Below, one piece after another: positions 1 through 9,898 of a stretch of 37,542 nucleotides of DNA (the stretch's first letter is position 1; every line of letters starts with the position of its first letter). The position numbers were made by a program, and so were the translations under genes. The notes beneath the pieces are model-generated. The model saw only the letters and a list, made by a program, of their open reading frames with translations. It was not told the DNA's origin and searched no databases. Source of the stretch: a virus (taxonomy: Duplodnaviria; Caudoviricetes); the IMG/VR virus record IMGVR_UViG_3300020460_000027, positions 1 through 37,542 of that record; one strand, written 5' to 3'.

Positions 1-82
1 GAGGTGGGGGGTGGGGGTTTTTTTTGTTTGGTTGGTGGTTTTTGTGGTTTGGTATCCCCTGGGACTCCCTCCGTCGATTGAG
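1..82. repeat. Terminal overlap (copy 1), indicates circular or terminally redundant assembly
   Basis: 7-82 is identical to 37467-37542; the remaining bases match except for one extra G in a G-run. Confidence 0.95.
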
Positions 83-352
83 GCTCGATCTTGCCTTGAA
101 CTAGCTTTGTCCTGTGCTGTTCTGATCCTGTCCTGTTTTGTTGTTTTGTGTGTCCCGTGTTTTATTCAGGCAGGATGCAGTAGCCCCTTTAACGGGCGAA
201 CAGACGGTGGTTAGCCGACGCTGATTTTGGTGGACCAGTGTTGAAACTTTATCACATGGTCTTTGCGAAGGGTGTATTGTTTTAGTGAGATTTAAAAATT
301 TTTTTTAGTTTTGGAGAGTGTTTTGGGTTTTGTTGAGTTGGATGAGTCTGAG

Positions 353-496
353 ATGGGTGAGCGTGGTTTTGTTGACCCGTTTTTGGATGAGGATGTTGTT
401 ACTTATGTTGGGTCTGATGGGGGTTCTTATGAGGTTCAGTTGGCATCTGGGTCGTGTAATTTGGAGAATCCTGAGGTTTGTGAGTCTTGTGAGTAG
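353..496 (+). CDS. Small acidic protein ending in CNLENPEVCESCE (resembles ribonucleotide reductase alpha C-terminal tail)
   Basis: ORF 311-496; start uncertain (TTG 311 or ATG 353); very acidic; terminal C-x7-CxxC. Confidence 0.6.
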   Translation: MGERGFVDPFLDEDVVTYVGSDGGSYEVQLASGSCNLENPEVCESCE

Positions 497-640
497 ATGG
501 GTTTTGCACAGTTGGGGAAAAGTTTGTGAACAAGTCAGAGCGTTTTTTTGTTGCGATAGTGTTGATAGTGACTTCGTTGTGTTTGGGGTTTCTGGTGTTG
601 GGATTGGGTCTGATATTACACTTGTTGTTTGGTTAGACGA

Positions 641-883
641 ATGAAGGTTTGGATTGACCAAGATTTGTGTACGGGTGACGGTCTTTGTGAGGAGTTGTGT
701 GGTGACATTTTTTATGGACATTCAGATGGGCTTTTTTATGTTAAAGAAGCAGGTTCTGAAACGCCTAAAGAGCCTACGCATAAGATGAGTGAAACAGTTG
801 ATGTGCCTGATGATTTGGCTGAAGCTGTTATCGAATCCGCTGAAGAATGTCCTGGTGAGTGTATTTTTGTGGAGGCAGATTGA
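641..883 (+). CDS. Ferredoxin, single-cluster actinobacterial type ([3Fe-4S]/[4Fe-4S])
   Basis: MKVWIDQDLCTGDGLCEELC...AEECPGECI = CxxDxxC...CP motif; ATG at 641. Confidence 0.92.
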   Translation: MKVWIDQDLCTGDGLCEELCGDIFYGHSDGLFYVKEAGSETPKEPTHKMSETVDVPDDLAEAVIESAEECPGECIFVEAD

Positions 884-963
884 TGAGTTGTGAGTGTGGA
901 TGTCCACCGGATTGTGGATGCACTGAAGAAAGTAATTGTGGTTGTAAGTGTTGGGAAAAGTAA
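883..963 (+). CDS. Metallothionein-like Cys-rich peptide (26 aa, 8 Cys), not in ORF track
   Basis: MSCECGCPPDCGCTEESNCGCKCWEK; GGAGG at 871-875; TGATG overlap with ferredoxin stop; TAA abuts next ATG at 964. Confidence 0.8.
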   Translation: MSCECGCPPDCGCTEESNCGCKCWEK

Positions 964-1149
964 ATGAATAAAACTGTTAAGTTAATTACGGCTATTACGG
1001 GTTTGTTAGTGGCTATTGGTACGCTTGTGGGTGCGATTACTGTGACTTTAGGAAAAGATAAGAAAGAAGGCGGGAGTTACTCGTATACTACGATAATCTT
1101 AGATTCTCCGGAAAAATATGAAGAATTTTTGATGAACCACCCTGGGTGA
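964..1149 (+). CDS. Small membrane protein
   Basis: One hydrophobic segment LITAITGLLVAIGTLVGAITVTL; tightly packed with neighbours. Confidence 0.7.
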   Translation: MNKTVKLITAITGLLVAIGTLVGAITVTLGKDKKEGGSYSYTTIILDSPEKYEEFLMNHPG

Positions 1150-1152
1150 TAT

Positions 1153-3063
1153 ATGACTTCTGGCAGAACAATAGATGAAGCAACGTGGTTTAAATATCAA
1201 GAGTTGCGTGACGGTGGTCTTTCTATGTATGGGGCTGCTAAAAAGATAGGTATTTCCTATAGGGCAGCTTCCGATTTTGAAAAAGGCATAGGGTCTGCTG
1301 TTGGTAAAGCAGCTAAGAAAGCTTTCGATCAGGCTAAAAGCCCTTCTGTTGTTCCTTACGACTTGTTATCTGACGAAGCCCGTGAAGCTTATGACGATAT
1401 TGAGGTTTTCGCTAAACGATATTTCGGGTTGATTTTGATGCCCTGGCAGATTGAAGCGACTAATAGAATCATGGAGTTGCAGGCTTCTCCTCAAGAGGAG
1501 TATGTGGTAATTAACGCACCGCCAGGTTCGGGCAAGTCCACGTTTTTTACTAGGATTCTTCCTGCTTGGGCTACTGTAAGAGATCGTACTTTGCGTGGGA
1601 TGATCGGTTCGCATACTCATCGTCTTGGCGAGTGGTATACCCGTCGTTTAAAAGGCGAGTTGGAGCGTACTTCTCCTGTTAAGGCTGAAGCTAAGGATCT
1701 GAAAATGGGTTTAGCTGTTGATGCTGAGACTTGCCTTGTTGATGATTTCGGAAGGTTTAAACCTGATGTTAAGGAAGTTTGGCGTGGCGATCAGTTTACT
1801 GTAGCTCAAGAGGGTGACATTCCTGTTTCTGAGAAGGAACCCACTTGGACTTGTTTCGGTGTGGATTCCGGTTTCTTGGGTGGTCGTTTCGATTTGATTA
1901 TTTGGGATGACCTTTATGATCCTCGTAAAATGCGTACCTCTGAAGCCCGTGACGATTTGAAACGGTGGTGGGATGAGGTAGCTGAGACACGTTTAGAACC
2001 TGGTGGTCTTCTTGTGTTGCAAGGACAGCGCATGGCTGGTGACGACATTTACCGTTACGCCTTAGACAAAGAAGCTATCTTTGATGAAGAAGACGATTTT
2101 GAAGAAGACGTTCCTGAAGAATTAAAGCTTAACGGTAAGCGTTATCATCATCTTGTTTACAAAGCCCATTATGAGGATAAGTGTGAGAAGCAACACAAGT
2201 TAAATTCTGCTCCTTACCCTGAAGGGTGTTTGTTGTATCCTCGTCGTTTAAATTGGAAAAAGTTGACGCATGTGAAATCTCAGACTCCTGATAGGTACGC
2301 TATTTTGTACCAGCAGGATGACGCTGACCCTGCGAGTGTTCTTGTTGATCCTTTGTGGATTAGTGGCGGCACTGGCGAAGACGGCGTACTGCATCAAGGG
2401 TGTTGGGATAATGACCGTGATTTGTGGGAGTTGCCTAAAAATCTTCCTGGTGAAGTGATTATTGTCGCTACGGCTGATCCTTCTCCTAGTAAGTTTTGGG
2501 CTTTGCAAGTTTGGGCGTATGTTCCTGAATCTGGTTTCCGTTATTTGTTGGAGTCGTACCGTCAGAAGATGGATGCTCCTACGTTTTTAGATTGGAACCA
2601 TGAGGAAGGTGTTTTCACTGGTATAGCTGAGGAGTGGTGGCATCGTTCAGTAGATATGGGGCATCCGATTAACTATTGGATTGTTGAGGCTAATGCAGCG
2701 CAAAAGTTTATTTTGCAGTACGACCATTTTCGTCGTTGGAGCGCCCAAAGGGGTGTTAATCTGATTCCTCATTACACTCATTCTCGTAATAAAGGCGATC
2801 CTGATTATGGTGTTCAGATGCTCGCACCGTTGTATAAACATGGTCGTGTAAGACTTCCTGGCAAACAACGTACAGAAGCTCGCCCACATGCACTACTATT
2901 AGTTAATGAAGTAACCAAGTGGTCAGCAGACGGTCATGGGTCAGCAACCGATGACTGTGTGATGGCTCAATGGTTTTTAGAACATAACCTCCCGAACATT
3001 AGCTTGCCTAAAGGGAATGTAACACCACTGTGGAGACCAACATGGATGAAAGAGGCAAGTTAA
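1153..3063 (+). CDS. terL: Terminase large subunit with N-terminal HTH-like extension
   Basis: PWQ motif, Walker A NAPPGSGKST, Walker B LIIWDD, coupling motif GQR, nuclease acidic motifs ATADP and TDDCVMA; precedes portal. Confidence 0.93.
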   Translation: MTSGRTIDEATWFKYQELRDGGLSMYGAAKKIGISYRAASDFEKGIGSAVGKAAKKAFDQAKSPSVVPYDLLSDEAREAYDDIEVFAKRYFGLILMPWQIEATNRIMELQASPQEEYVVINAPPGSGKSTFFTRILPAWATVRDRTLRGMIGSHTHRLGEWYTRRLKGELERTSPVKAEAKDLKMGLAVDAETCLVDDFGRFKPDVKEVWRGDQFTVAQEGDIPVSEKEPTWTCFGVDSGFLGGRFDLIIWDDLYDPRKMRTSEARDDLKRWWDEVAETRLEPGGLLVLQGQRMAGDDIYRYALDKEAIFDEEDDFEEDVPEELKLNGKRYHHLVYKAHYEDKCEKQHKLNSAPYPEGCLLYPRRLNWKKLTHVKSQTPDRYAILYQQDDADPASVLVDPLWISGGTGEDGVLHQGCWDNDRDLWELPKNLPGEVIIVATADPSPSKFWALQVWAYVPESGFRYLLESYRQKMDAPTFLDWNHEEGVFTGIAEEWWHRSVDMGHPINYWIVEANAAQKFILQYDHFRRWSAQRGVNLIPHYTHSRNKGDPDYGVQMLAPLYKHGRVRLPGKQRTEARPHALLLVNEVTKWSADGHGSATDDCVMAQWFLEHNLPNISLPKGNVTPLWRPTWMKEAS

Positions 3064-4815
3064 GTGAAGTCGCCTGAAGATATTGTAGGGCTTCTTAAAG
3101 AAAGGGAGTCCAGTTTAGAACCAACATTTTCTCGTATGCGTCGTGTTAAAGCTGCGTATAACGGGGACATTGTGGTTCCGTTACCAGAGTTGGATAACAA
3201 CGAGCAGGTGGCTGTAGCTAATCTGTTAGCTCAAGGTTTAGATCAGACAGCTATGAGAGTAGCTTCTGTAATGCCTGACGTTGTAATGCCTCCCATTAAA
3301 GACGATCAGAAGCAATCTGAGAAACGTGCAAGCGTTAGACGTAGGGCTGTTTTGGGTTGGTGGGAACACAACAAGATGGACATTAAATTGTCGAAACGTG
3401 CAAGACACATGCTTGGTTATGCTTGTTCTCCTGTTTCGTTAAGGTACAATCCTGTAACTGGTGTACCAGAATGGACTGTTCGTGACCCTCTAACAACTTT
3501 TCCTTCTCCTTTGTTTGGTCCTGATGACATGGCTCCACATGACACGATCTTTACTTATGAACGTACTTATGATTGGTTAAGAGCTAATTACCCTGAACAA
3601 GCTATGAGGGTGTATCAAGATGGCACTGACGGTTCCGACTTGTATCAGTTGATTGAGTATTGCGACGCTGAAGAAACTGTTCTTTTAGTAATGGGTCAAA
3701 GCCCAGAAGAAAAAAACAACTGGTATCAACATTCAGATTATATGGCTCCTGTAGCTGAACTAGAACGAACAATTAACCGTGCAGGTATTTGTCCTGTTGT
3801 TATAGCAGGCAGAGTTAACTTGGGTGAACCTCAAGGACAGTTCGATCAAATGCTTGGCATGTATCAGATGCAAGCCAAGTTAATGGCTTTAGAAGTTCTA
3901 GCTGTGCAAAAAGGTATTTTCCCTGATAGTTGGCTTGTAGCTAATCCAGGTGAAACACCTCAGATTATTAACACAGCTAATGGTTTAACTGGCGAAGTTG
4001 GAATCATTAAAGGTGGGCAGTTGAAAGATTCAACTGTAAACCCAGGTTTTATGACTAACCCTACTATCGACAGGTTGGAAAGAGGTCAGCGTTTAACTGC
4101 TGGTATTCCTTCCGAGTTTGGTGGCGAGTCCGGTTCTAATATCCGAACAGGTCGTAGAGGTGAAGCGGTTCTTTCAGCGGTTGTTGATTTTCCTGTTCAG
4201 GAAGCTCAACGAATGATAGCTACTTCTTTAGAACTTGAAAATAAACGTGCTATTGCTTTAATGAAAGCTTATGCAGGTAATAAACCTAAGTCGTTTTATG
4301 TAACGATGAAAGGCGCTAAAGGTGTTGTTGATTACACGCCTAATAAAGATTTTGAAACAGATGAGAACCGAGTCGTGTTCTCTCACCCTGGAACCGATAT
4401 GAACAATATGGTTATCGGGGCTGGTCAGAGAATAGGAATGGGTACTTTATCTAAGCGTTCGTTTATGCAAATAGACCCGATGGTTGATGACGCTGAACAT
4501 GAACATGATGCTGTGATAGCTGAAAATTTAGAACAAGCATTATTAGCCAGTATTCAAACTCAAGCTTCTCAAGGTGCGATACCTCCTAACGATTTAGCAA
4601 AGATAGCTAATCTTGTTAGAACAAATCGTGCAGAATTAGCTGAAGCTGTTGAGAAAGTTCAAAAAGAAGCACAAGAGCGTCAAGCAACTGAAGCTCCTGC
4701 TGGTTCTCCTGAAACTATGTCTGGGATTGCTCAACCTGGAGCTGGAGCAGAACAAACTGCTGCGCCTCCTGCTGGGCGACCCCAGTTACGTGAACTATTA
4801 GGTCAGGTGAGATAA
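3064..4815 (+). CDS. Portal protein
   Basis: 583 aa directly after TerL; largely helical, Q/A/P-rich C-terminal tail; positional call. Confidence 0.8.
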   Translation: MKSPEDIVGLLKERESSLEPTFSRMRRVKAAYNGDIVVPLPELDNNEQVAVANLLAQGLDQTAMRVASVMPDVVMPPIKDDQKQSEKRASVRRRAVLGWWEHNKMDIKLSKRARHMLGYACSPVSLRYNPVTGVPEWTVRDPLTTFPSPLFGPDDMAPHDTIFTYERTYDWLRANYPEQAMRVYQDGTDGSDLYQLIEYCDAEETVLLVMGQSPEEKNNWYQHSDYMAPVAELERTINRAGICPVVIAGRVNLGEPQGQFDQMLGMYQMQAKLMALEVLAVQKGIFPDSWLVANPGETPQIINTANGLTGEVGIIKGGQLKDSTVNPGFMTNPTIDRLERGQRLTAGIPSEFGGESGSNIRTGRRGEAVLSAVVDFPVQEAQRMIATSLELENKRAIALMKAYAGNKPKSFYVTMKGAKGVVDYTPNKDFETDENRVVFSHPGTDMNNMVIGAGQRIGMGTLSKRSFMQIDPMVDDAEHEHDAVIAENLEQALLASIQTQASQGAIPPNDLAKIANLVRTNRAELAEAVEKVQKEAQERQATEAPAGSPETMSGIAQPGAGAEQTAAPPAGRPQLRELLGQVR

Positions 4816-5186
4816 TGGCAGATCAAAGAATCGAATCAGCGCCTAATCAAACTTATGGAAAGCGTAAAGAACAAGAAGATTCACAACGAGTTGTTGCGAT
4901 GCACAAAGAACAAAATATAACTCCAGGTCAAATGGGATTACCTAATAGACCCTCAGAAAAACCTTCTGAACCTTTAACGGCTGGTGCTGCTATAGGTGCT
5001 GGACCTGGACCTGATATTTTGCCTCAACCTATGGGGTCTCCAGATAATGAATTGTCTGAACGGCTTGCTAGTTATTTACCTATTTTGGAAGCTAAAGCTG
5101 CTATGCCTGAAGCGACAGCGAATTTTCGTATGTTTGTGAGAAGGGTAAGACATGCTTCTAGCAAGTCATCGAATAGTCCTATCTAA
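4815..5186 (+). CDS. Hypothetical virion-associated protein
   Basis: 123 aa, overlapping stop/start on both sides; RPSEKPSEPLTAGAAIGAGPGP motif. Confidence 0.7.
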   Translation: MADQRIESAPNQTYGKRKEQEDSQRVVAMHKEQNITPGQMGLPNRPSEKPSEPLTAGAAIGAGPGPDILPQPMGSPDNELSERLASYLPILEAKAAMPEATANFRMFVRRVRHASSKSSNSPI

Positions 5187-8100
5187 TGGGGTTTTTTGAT
5201 CGGATAGGAAAACTTTGGGATGCTGGTTTTGAAGTTGGTCGCACCGCTGTTAATACTGTTGTTGATTTAGCTGAAGCTCCTTTCACTGAAGACGAATACG
5301 ATGGTTTTCTTGACACCATTTGGGGTGTCAGTAAAGATCGTGGTGTTGAGTTAATGCAACACACTATCGGTCCTGAAGGTGTCGGTGGTGTCCTAATTGG
5401 TGCTTTACCTAAACCTATTCGTGAAGGTGGCAATGTTGCTTTAGAAGGTTTGGAAACTGCTTATAGAGAAGCAATAGCTGAACCTATTAGCACGGTTGTG
5501 ACAATGGCTTCTTTAGGACAAGCTGAAGGAAGCGGTGGTTTTTTTGGTGACGATTGGGGAGTTTGGACTGATTCCGAAAAATGGAAACTAGCTTATAAAA
5601 TAGCTCAAGATCGTTCACCTGGACAAGCTGTAGCTTTAGCTTTTGCGACTGATGATATTCTTGATGACGAACAAGTTATGAAAGCTGAAAGTGAACAATG
5701 GTTTACTTATGTCAGCGGAACTTGGGATGCGGCTACTCGAATTTTTCTTTCTCCTGAGATTGTCGCCGGTGGTGGCGTTATGGCTGGTAGAGCGATTTCA
5801 AAACGAAATTCTTTTAACAATTATTTTAAAGAAGGCAGAGGTTTTTCAAAATTCTCTGATGACGTAGAAGAATTAGCTGTTACAACTGGGGCTAGAAACA
5901 CACGGAACAATCAACTTCTTTTAGACGAAAAAGACTTAGATGATTTTGCTGGAAAAATAAAAGAAAAATATTTTTTCGATCACCATGAAGGTGATGTTAT
6001 TTCTACTGAAATAGCCAGAGCAGTTATAGGCGGTGCTGAAACAGGATTTCAAGGTGGTAAAGAATCACTAGAAAATGTTATGCGTTTCTTTATGGGTGAC
6101 GCTTCTGCTATAAAAAACATTGAAAAACTTGAAGGAGCCGCTACCGCACACAGGTATCAGCAACTTTACAAGAACTCTAACCAAATTAAACAAAGCGTTC
6201 CTCCGGCATCTGTTGGTGGTCAAATGACTATTTTTGACGAAGCTCAAGATGGGACACTAACTTTAGCGCAAGGTTTAATTTCAGAAATGGATGATGCTCC
6301 TCATGTAATTAGAGCATTTGCTTCTATTGAAGAAGCTATTAAACCAACGATGAGAAAAAACTTTGTTCACAACGATAGAGTTCAACAGTTTTATAGATCG
6401 AATTGGACTATGGCACCTGTTCGTGTAGTTAGAGATATGCGCCCCCAGCATTTTGTTTGGGCTGGTGATGCTAACAGTGGTGAACAGGTAGCAAGGTTTA
6501 TGCGTGAAGCAGGTTTTGAAGCTGATGAAATAAGAAGGTTTCGTGGGCAATGGGCTAGAAGTGATATAGCTACGAGGGCTGAAGTTTTAGCTAGAACAGC
6601 TAACACTAAAGCGATTAGGAAAGTAGCTGAAAAGCATGTTAAACGCCCTAAGAACATGAGTAAAAAAGATTACGACAAAGAGATCACAAAATTTATAGAA
6701 GATTTTGAATATTCCCATGAGTCATTTGCGAAAGTTATGTCAGATGTCAGAAAGTATGATGCTGATAAAAACATAAGCACAATACATTTTAAAGATCCTG
6801 ATACTGGTATTGAAGAAATGCTTCAGGTTCCTTTAAACCCTTCTCAGCTTAAACAGTCTGTTGCTTTGGTTGATATCAAAAAAGTTGATAAAGCTATGAG
6901 GCGACAAGCATCAAAGATGCCAGATTTTATTTTTAAAGCAAATGACATTAGAGCGCAGAGCTTACATGAAATAATGAAACTTTGGCGACCAGCAGTTCTT
7001 CTTCGCCCTGCATGGGTAATGAGAGTTGTGGGTGACGAACAGTTGCGTATGTTTGCAAAAGTTGGAACAACTGAAAGAATGTGGAAACTTTTAAGCGAAG
7101 ACCGACCAAAGTATGTGCAAAAAGTTTTAGAAAATGCTCTTGTTAAAACTGGTGCAGTCACAATAAAAGGTGGCAAGGTTCAAATAGCTGGTTCTAAAAA
7201 ACTTACTGCTAGAAGAGCAGCGGTTACAGGTGGCATTGGATTGCTTGTAGCAGGACCAGTTGGTGCAGCTATAGGTGCGAGTGGTTCTTTAGCTAGAAAC
7301 ACTAGGGCGTTAAAACGGCTTAGGAAAACTTTAAGAATCAGAGAAGAAGCCAGAGTGTTATATGAAGGCGGTCAAGTAGCAAGAGCTAAAGAACTTTTAC
7401 AAGAAATAGGTGAAGGTCCACTAACTATAAGTAGAAGTACGGACATTCACGATTATGAGATAGCAGGTGCTTTTGGTGATGCGTTGGAACCAAATATTCT
7501 TGCGATGAAAGCTAATAGTGCTAATCGTACTTCAAGGTTTCTTTTAGGAAACACAGAAAAAGAAGTCTGGAATGAAGTGGATGAGATCATGGGCGATTGG
7601 ATGACTTATGAAGTTTCCGGTATAGGAACTTCCAAAGCCGCTGAAAAAAGATTTGGTGACTGGTGGGAAAGAGTTGTTAATGACCAATGGGCTAATAATC
7701 CTGTAGGCCAAATAGCTTTTAATCACAGGTTGGGTGATGCTTCCGTTAGGAAGCAAGCACTTATTGATTGGATGCACACTGATGCTGGTAAAGAGTTTGC
7801 TAAAAAAATTCCTAACAGAATAAAAAAAGATAAAAGTGGCAATCTTTTAACTGATGATATTGAAGATTGGGCTGAACAAGTTGTTCAAGCTACAGACAGA
7901 ATGGTTACAAACAAAGAAGTAGCTCAACTATTAGCTGATAGTCAAGGCAGTGTTCGTGTCACTCTTAAAGATCTTAAACGAATAGCTGAAAAAAATGGTG
8001 AAGATTGGAAACAGTATGTAGGTGATATTCATGGTCAACAAGGAATACAATTAGCTGATGATACTTTAAGAGCTAAAAAAGATCGTTTAGTTAATCGTCT

Positions 8101-9898
8101 TTTTGATCGACTAGGAACAGTCACAACAGACAATCTTTCAAGAAATCCTTATTTCAAAGCAGTATATGAAGAAGATATTTTAAGACGAGTTAAAGCATAT
8201 AAAACAACAAACGGTGATTATGCGTTAACTGAAGATGCTTTAAAAACTATTGAAGCTTCGTCAAGGCGTAAAGCATTAAATGAAACCCGTGACCTTCTAT
8301 ATGATTTAGCTGAACGATCAGAGTTTGCTGACATGATGAACAACATCATGCCTTTCTTCAACGCATATCAGGAAGTTCTTACTCGTTGGGCTGGACTAGC
8401 AATAGACAACCCAGTGTTCGTTTCTCGAATGTTGCAGACATTGAGAGCTAGACCCGATACAGATTGGTTCCAAATGGAAGAAGTGGATGGAGAAAGATAC
8501 TTCACGCTTCGGTTGCCAGAGTTCGCTTCTGAACTTGTGTCATCTGGAATGTTAGGAAACGCTTTTAAAGAACAGTCAACTATAAGGTTCCGTGCTGATT
8601 CAATAAACATGGTTACACAAATAGCACCTGGTGTTGGACCTATAGCTCAAATACCTGTTTCAGCTTTAGTTGTCACAGAACCAAAATTTGAAGAAGCTTT
8701 TAAATTTATACTTCCTTATGGTCCTGTCAGGGGAAGTAATATTTTAGAACAATCTTTTGATGCGCTACAACCAGCTTGGGTTAAACGTATAACAAGTGCT
8801 TTAAGTGAAAACAGGTCTTATGAAAGCACAGCCGCCACCATCATGCTCACTCGTATGGCTGAGATGGCTGATGGGGATAGAGACAAAATTGATTTTGGAG
8901 ATGGTAGCGAAAGAGCAAAGTTTATAGCTGGAGTTAAAGAAGATGCTAAGAATTTTCATTACTTGAAAGCGATTGCTTCAGCTTTTTCTCCTGCTTCTGT
9001 TGGGTTTCATTCGCCTTACCAACCTTATATAGATGAATACCGTAGGTTGAAAAAAGAAAATATTAAAACAGCAGATAAAAAGTTTATGGATTATTTGATT
9101 GCGGAAGGGGTAGAAGGCTTCTTTGCTTTAGCTGCACGTTTCTCAAAAAATAACGAAGGGCTTCCAGCTACTATAGAAAGTGAAGAAACTCGTACAAAAT
9201 ATATTGACATGATTCATAAATACCCTGAAATTGGTGGTTTGATTTTAGGAACAGAAGGTGGCGGTTCTGCTAAATGGTCTGCTGCTGTGTATGAAAAACA
9301 ACTTAGAGAAGACACTAGCCCAGGTTCAGGTGTTAAACGTCGTGAACGAATGTCTTTAGATGAAATTTTAACTGACAGCCGTGTACGTGAAGGCTGGGAA
9401 GAGTACGGGCGTATAAATGATATTATCTTTAATACAATGCGTGAACGTGGTCTTCCGAATCTTCGTGTAAAAGAAGCATCAGATTTGCTTTCTATTAAAC
9501 AACAAGCTGTCTTAAAGTTAGGTGAACGCTATCCTCTTTGGTATAAAGAATACAGTAATCCTGATTTAACTAAATGGACAACTCGTATTAAAGGAATGAG
9601 AGCAGTTGTCGCTGATGAGCGTTTAGCAGGTCGTGATGACATACAACTGTTAGCAAAATATCTTGAAATCAGAGATGCTTTTACAGGCGAGTTGTCTAAA
9701 CGTGGGGCTGCTGGTGGTTCTTCAACTATGGATTCTCGATCTAATCAAGATTTAAAAGTTGCGTGGGATTCAATAATGGATCAAATGATTGAGAATCCTA
9801 CGTTTGGTGACTTATTATGGAGATGGTTAGAGTTTGACCCTCTAACTTCTAATACCTGGCCAGGTTCACAACTGGACAATATGAGGAAAGCAGCATGA
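5186..9898 (+). CDS. Large putative internal virion / DNA ejection protein (1570 aa)
   Basis: Long ORF in structural operon with Gly-zipper hydrophobic patch AAVTGGIGLLVAGPVGAAIGA; function inferred from size and position. Confidence 0.55.
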   Translation: MGFFDRIGKLWDAGFEVGRTAVNTVVDLAEAPFTEDEYDGFLDTIWGVSKDRGVELMQHTIGPEGVGGVLIGALPKPIREGGNVALEGLETAYREAIAEPISTVVTMASLGQAEGSGGFFGDDWGVWTDSEKWKLAYKIAQDRSPGQAVALAFATDDILDDEQVMKAESEQWFTYVSGTWDAATRIFLSPEIVAGGGVMAGRAISKRNSFNNYFKEGRGFSKFSDDVEELAVTTGARNTRNNQLLLDEKDLDDFAGKIKEKYFFDHHEGDVISTEIARAVIGGAETGFQGGKESLENVMRFFMGDASAIKNIEKLEGAATAHRYQQLYKNSNQIKQSVPPASVGGQMTIFDEAQDGTLTLAQGLISEMDDAPHVIRAFASIEEAIKPTMRKNFVHNDRVQQFYRSNWTMAPVRVVRDMRPQHFVWAGDANSGEQVARFMREAGFEADEIRRFRGQWARSDIATRAEVLARTANTKAIRKVAEKHVKRPKNMSKKDYDKEITKFIEDFEYSHESFAKVMSDVRKYDADKNISTIHFKDPDTGIEEMLQVPLNPSQLKQSVALVDIKKVDKAMRRQASKMPDFIFKANDIRAQSLHEIMKLWRPAVLLRPAWVMRVVGDEQLRMFAKVGTTERMWKLLSEDRPKYVQKVLENALVKTGAVTIKGGKVQIAGSKKLTARRAAVTGGIGLLVAGPVGAAIGASGSLARNTRALKRLRKTLRIREEARVLYEGGQVARAKELLQEIGEGPLTISRSTDIHDYEIAGAFGDALEPNILAMKANSANRTSRFLLGNTEKEVWNEVDEIMGDWMTYEVSGIGTSKAAEKRFGDWWERVVNDQWANNPVGQIAFNHRLGDASVRKQALIDWMHTDAGKEFAKKIPNRIKKDKSGNLLTDDIEDWAEQVVQATDRMVTNKEVAQLLADSQGSVRVTLKDLKRIAEKNGEDWKQYVGDIHGQQGIQLADDTLRAKKDRLVNRLFDRLGTVTTDNLSRNPYFKAVYEEDILRRVKAYKTTNGDYALTEDALKTIEASSRRKALNETRDLLYDLAERSEFADMMNNIMPFFNAYQEVLTRWAGLAIDNPVFVSRMLQTLRARPDTDWFQMEEVDGERYFTLRLPEFASELVSSGMLGNAFKEQSTIRFRADSINMVTQIAPGVGPIAQIPVSALVVTEPKFEEAFKFILPYGPVRGSNILEQSFDALQPAWVKRITSALSENRSYESTAATIMLTRMAEMADGDRDKIDFGDGSERAKFIAGVKEDAKNFHYLKAIASAFSPASVGFHSPYQPYIDEYRRLKKENIKTADKKFMDYLIAEGVEGFFALAARFSKNNEGLPATIESEETRTKYIDMIHKYPEIGGLILGTEGGGSAKWSAAVYEKQLREDTSPGSGVKRRERMSLDEILTDSRVREGWEEYGRINDIIFNTMRERGLPNLRVKEASDLLSIKQQAVLKLGERYPLWYKEYSNPDLTKWTTRIKGMRAVVADERLAGRDDIQLLAKYLEIRDAFTGELSKRGAAGGSSTMDSRSNQDLKVAWDSIMDQMIENPTFGDLLWRWLEFDPLTSNTWPGSQLDNMRKAA

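Noticed and set aside
1-82. Biological direct terminal repeat
   Set aside because: A short overlap of roughly k-mer size in low-complexity sequence is more likely an assembly circularisation overlap; reads are needed to decide
11-721. ORFs 11-214 (+), 318-644 (+) and 305-721 (-)
   Set aside because: Products mirror the G/T skew and overlap better-supported genes; the 3' part of 318-644 could still be a small real gene
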